From positions 1 through 64,000 of the forward strand of contig CAXXWC010000020.1 in assembly GCA_963668645.2 (NCBI GenBank): 64,000 nt of DNA, written 5' to 3'. Position 1 is the stretch's first letter. The number at the start of each line of letters is the position of its first letter. The position numbers and the translations under genes are program-made. Below the pieces are notes generated by a model. That model was not told the origin of the DNA and did not search any database. It saw only the letters and a program-made list of their open reading frames with translations. Positions 60,669 to 64,000 of the stretch are shown here, one piece after another. Source of the stretch: Desulfobacterales bacterium (lineage in GTDB: Bacteria; Desulfobacterota; Desulfobacteria; Desulfobacterales; UBA2174).

Positions 60669-61160
60669 ATGGAACCTCATCAGCAATTCCGTAAAACCTT
60701 TCCCATTTCCTGGGAACAGCTTCATCGCGACAGCAAAGCCCTTGCCTGGCGATTGCTCGATACGAACTACTTTAAGGGCCTGATCGCCGTCACCCGCGGC
60801 GGTCTCGTGCCAGCGGCCATCGTTTCAAGGGAGTTGGGGATCCGATTGGTCGATACGGTCTGTATTTCAAGTTATGAGTGGCAAGATCACAAGGGCGATG
60901 TGGAAGTCCTCAAGCGGTTCGAGGGCGACGGGAAGGGGTGGCTGATCATAGACGACCTGGTCGATACCGGAAAAACGGCCCGGGTGGTCCGGGACATGCT
61001 CCCAGGGGCCCATTTTGCCACCGTTTACGCCAAACCGGCCGGCCGCCCCCTGGTGGACACCTACATTACGGAAGTCAGTCAGGACACGTGGATCCTCTTT
61101 CCTTGGGACAGCGAAGTACAATTCGCCCAACCGCTGATCGAGCGGCGCCAGGTACGCTGA
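60669..61160 (+). CDS. gpt: Xanthine-guanine phosphoribosyltransferase
   Basis: [27 protein letters not shown]. Confidence 0.95.
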   Translation: MEPHQQFRKTFPISWEQLHRDSKALAWRLLDTNYFKGLIAVTRGGLVPAAIVSRELGIRLVDTVCISSYEWQDHKGDVEVLKRFEGDGKGWLIIDDLVDTGKTARVVRDMLPGAHFATVYAKPAGRPLVDTYITEVSQDTWILFPWDSEVQFAQPLIERRQVR

Positions 61161-62644
61161 TGCCCGCTGCCGGTGAAACCCTTGTGCGACTGGACGGGAT
61201 CGACAAGCATTTCGGCGCCGTTCATGCCAATCGCTCCATCGATCTGAATATCCAGGCCGGGCGCATCAAGGCCCTGCTGGGTGAAAACGGTGCCGGCAAG
61301 AGCACTTTGATGAGCATCCTCGCCGGGCGGATCAAACCGGATGGCGGCAAGATTCATATCGGTGGCTCGGCCCGTGCCTATCTCACTCCCCGCGAAGCTA
61401 TCGGCGCCGGCATCGGCATGGTCTATCAGCATTTTACCCTCATCGATGCGCTGAGCGTTGCTGAAAATGTCTGCCTCGGCCAGCCGGCCGGGTTTTGGCA
61501 TAACCCCGGGCAAATCGAGGCCCGGGTTTCGGCTCTGGCCGCATCGGTGGGCCTGGATATCGATCCATCCGCGACGGTGGCCCATCTTTCCATGGGCGAA
61601 CGCCAGCGCGTGGAGATTCTCAAGCTTCTTCAGCGCCAGAGCCGCGTTTTGATTTTCGATGAACCGACTTCAGTATTGACCCAGCACGAAATTGAACAGC
61701 TTTTTAAAGCCTTGCGCAACATGGCCGACCAGGGCAAGGCCATCGTCTTTATCAGCCACAAGCTTGGTGAAGTCCTTGATATCGCAGATGATATCGCCAT
61801 CCTCCGCCGTGGCCGGATTATCGAGGAAAAACCCAAAGCGGGCTATGCCGACAAGGCCGAATTGGCCCGGCGCATGGTGGGCCGCGACGTGCTCCTGGAA
61901 ATTGAGCGGCCGACTGTCGAAATGCGCCAGCCCGTCTTGAATGTCGAACAGCTTTGCGGCGACGGCATCCAGGACGTGAACTTTCGCCTCAAACAAGGAG
62001 AGATTCTCGCTATTCTCGGCGTGGCCGGAAACGGGCAGACGCCTCTGGTACAAACCGTTTGCGGCCTCCTTGCACCGGGTTCAGGCTCGATACACATTCT
62101 GGGCCAAACATGGGAGCGGTATTTTTCCGGCTCCCAATCCGGCCTGGTATACATTCCTGAAGATCGGCTCGGTCTGGCCACCTGCCCGCGCCTTAATCTA
62201 CTGGACAATTTTCTGCTGACCACCCGCCGGCGGTTCTGCCGCGGTCCTTGGATCCTACGATCGGCGGCGGCAAAACGCCTCAATGCCTTGATCACCGATT
62301 TCAACATCCAGCCGGGGCATATCAGCCTGGCGGCTCGCCAGCTTTCCGGGGGAAATCTTCAGAAACTGGTGCTGGCGCGCGAATTTTTTCGGCGCCCCCA
62401 CCTCATCGTCGCCGAGCAGCCGACTCAGGGATTGGATATCGGCGCCACCGAAGACGTATGGCGCCTGCTGCTCAAGGCGCGTGAAGAAGCGGGAATTTTA
62501 CTGGTCACCGGCGATTTGAACGAAGCTTTGGCACTCAGCGATCGCTTGGCTGTGATGTACCGCGGTCGCATCGTGGACATCTTTTCTGTTTTCGACACCC
62601 AAAAAGTCGACCGCATCGGGCAGATGATGGCAGGGCTTGACTGA
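61160..62644 (+). CDS. Nucleoside ABC ATP-binding protein (two NBDs)
   Basis: [27 protein letters not shown]. Confidence 0.93.
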   Translation: MPAAGETLVRLDGIDKHFGAVHANRSIDLNIQAGRIKALLGENGAGKSTLMSILAGRIKPDGGKIHIGGSARAYLTPREAIGAGIGMVYQHFTLIDALSVAENVCLGQPAGFWHNPGQIEARVSALAASVGLDIDPSATVAHLSMGERQRVEILKLLQRQSRVLIFDEPTSVLTQHEIEQLFKALRNMADQGKAIVFISHKLGEVLDIADDIAILRRGRIIEEKPKAGYADKAELARRMVGRDVLLEIERPTVEMRQPVLNVEQLCGDGIQDVNFRLKQGEILAILGVAGNGQTPLVQTVCGLLAPGSGSIHILGQTWERYFSGSQSGLVYIPEDRLGLATCPRLNLLDNFLLTTRRRFCRGPWILRSAAAKRLNALITDFNIQPGHISLAARQLSGGNLQKLVLAREFFRRPHLIVAEQPTQGLDIGATEDVWRLLLKAREEAGILLVTGDLNEALALSDRLAVMYRGRIVDIFSVFDTQKVDRIGQMMAGLD

Positions 62645-62684
62645 ACGCGTTCGGCAGGTCAAACCATTAAAGGGAGAACTCGCC

Positions 62685-63542
62685 ATGAATCAATCAGGAA
62701 ACGATTTGGAATCGAATCCCACCGCCAAGCGGTGGCGCTGCACGGTTTGCGGATACATCCACACCGGACCCGAACCCCCCGAAAAATGCCCGGTCTGCGG
62801 CGCCGACCGCAGCAAATTCGTATTGCTTGATGATGCCGGCGAAGTTGCGGCAACCGCCGCTTCAGATGCTCCAGAACCGGATTCCCCCGTCTCCAGCGAC
62901 ACGGATTCGGCGATCCAGTGGCGCTGTACGGTCTGCGGCTACATTCACACCGGTCCCGAACCTCCCGAAAAATGCCCCGTCTGCGGTGCCGACCGGAGCA
63001 AATTCGTCAGGCTAGATCCGGAGCCGGATTTTCCCGAAACGCAATCGCTTGAGCCGCCTCCAGAGGCCTCTGCCAGGATTGAAACTTCCGGGCAGCGCAT
63101 TTACCGGCTGATCACCGAAAAGATGGTCGGCCTTCACGCGCATCCCATCTCGGTCCATATTCCCAATGGCGTTGCACCGGTTGCGGTGCTCTTTCTTTTT
63201 CTCGCCTGGCTTTTTTCTTCAGCGAACCTCGAAATGGTCGCCTACGCCAACATGGTAGTGGTTTTGCTGGCCATGCCCTTCGTTCTTTTTTCTGGCTACA
63301 ACGACTGGAAACGCCGCTATAGGGGGCAGCTGACCCAGGTCTTTATCGGCAAAATGGTCTGTGGCGGCCTGTTCACCGCCATAAGCCTGGTCCTCGTCGC
63401 CTGGCGCACGCTGTCGCCCCAGATCATGATCACAGCCGGAAGCGGTCGCGGTTTTTACATCTTTTTGCATCTACTGCTTTTGGCGATCGGAGCGGTAGCC
63501 GGCTATCTCGGCGGCAAACTTGTCTTTCACGCCGATCGTTGA
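62685..63542 (+). CDS. Protein with two rubredoxin-like domains and a C-terminal membrane (DUF2231-like) domain
   Basis: [23 protein letters not shown] twice; [10 protein letters not shown] and GYLGGKLVF in the hydrophobic domain. Confidence 0.82.
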   Translation: MNQSGNDLESNPTAKRWRCTVCGYIHTGPEPPEKCPVCGADRSKFVLLDDAGEVAATAASDAPEPDSPVSSDTDSAIQWRCTVCGYIHTGPEPPEKCPVCGADRSKFVRLDPEPDFPETQSLEPPPEASARIETSGQRIYRLITEKMVGLHAHPISVHIPNGVAPVAVLFLFLAWLFSSANLEMVAYANMVVVLLAMPFVLFSGYNDWKRRYRGQLTQVFIGKMVCGGLFTAISLVLVAWRTLSPQIMITAGSGRGFYIFLHLLLLAIGAVAGYLGGKLVFHADR

Positions 63543-63543
63543 A

Positions 63544-63586
63544 AAAAAGCGGCGACTCGATCCCTTTCGAGCCGCCGCTTTCCTTT
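63544..63586. terminator. Rho-independent terminator, probably bidirectional
   Basis: AAAAAGCGGCGACTCGA...TCGAGCCGCCGCTTTCCTTTT between convergent genes. Confidence 0.65.
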
Positions 63587-63801
63587 TATGCTTATCTCCA
63601 GACCGCTCTTTTTGCCAAAAGGACCTTCGCAATGTTCGAATCTCCCGCGAAGCCCTATTATTCAAGGATCTACAGACCGACCGCCCCATCGCTCGAATTT
63701 GGCCCGATTTTGACTCTCCAAAGGCCTAAGGCCGCGTCGAGCCCTTAAAGCGCCCCAAGCGATCTACAAGCCCATTATTTGGCGATCGACCATTTTTGCA
63801 T

Positions 63802-64000
63802 TCATGCAGTGCGGCCAAAAACCATGGCCACCCATCCTTGTTCGCTATTTTCGCGCACCGGCACCAATCGGACAACCGCCAACGCGCGCAACAGCGTCTC
63901 TCGCTCCGACAACCTCAGCCCCGAAACGACAAGCCTCCCGCCGTCGGCGAGCAGACGTGATAACTGCGGCGCCAACCGCACCAGGGTGGGCAATCGAAGA
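63802..64000 (-). CDS. prmA: Ribosomal protein L11 methyltransferase-like, C-terminal part
   Basis: LRLPTL...LADGGRLVVSGL...EQGWVAMVF; 5' end outside the window. Confidence 0.65.
   Translation of the reverse strand, partial: LRLPTLVRLAPQLSRLLADGGRLVVSGLRLSERETLLRALAVVRLVPVRENSEQGWVAMVFGRTA

Overview
Bacterial DNA, most likely from an anaerobic Desulfobacterota (deltaproteobacterial) genome; the taxon is inferred from gene content only. The left ~38 kb is an accessory mosaic. It holds hipBA (1-1588); a GC-rich lexA-DUF72-imuB-dnaE2 mutagenesis cassette with no imuA (2015-7742), bracketed by a direct repeat of the hipA 3' end; and a GntR/TRAP/enolase-like/DRE-TIM/cupin/molybdenum-hydroxylase catabolic cluster (8700-19456). 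Next comes a toxin-antitoxin 'graveyard' (19453-22517) with two tandem AbiEi antitoxin copies, collapsed AbiEii, VapC and GNAT toxin fragments, and a recurring hairpin at the fragment junctions. An AT-rich operon follows (radical SAM, peptide-type ABC importer, atypical AAA+ ATPase; 22704-30150), then four stacked IS elements (IS1, ISAs1 with a nested IS21, IS3), an orphan antitoxin and hicBA. The right ~26 kb is GC-rich core-like DNA: a divergent acyl-CoA/ETF cluster, fdhD, rplU-rpmA-obgE-nadD-rsfS-gpmI, dusB, a BMP-family nucleoside ABC transporter with gpt, a tandem-rubredoxin membrane protein and the end of prmA. No rRNA, tRNA or CRISPR array was seen. All calls come from reading motifs by eye; no database searches were run.
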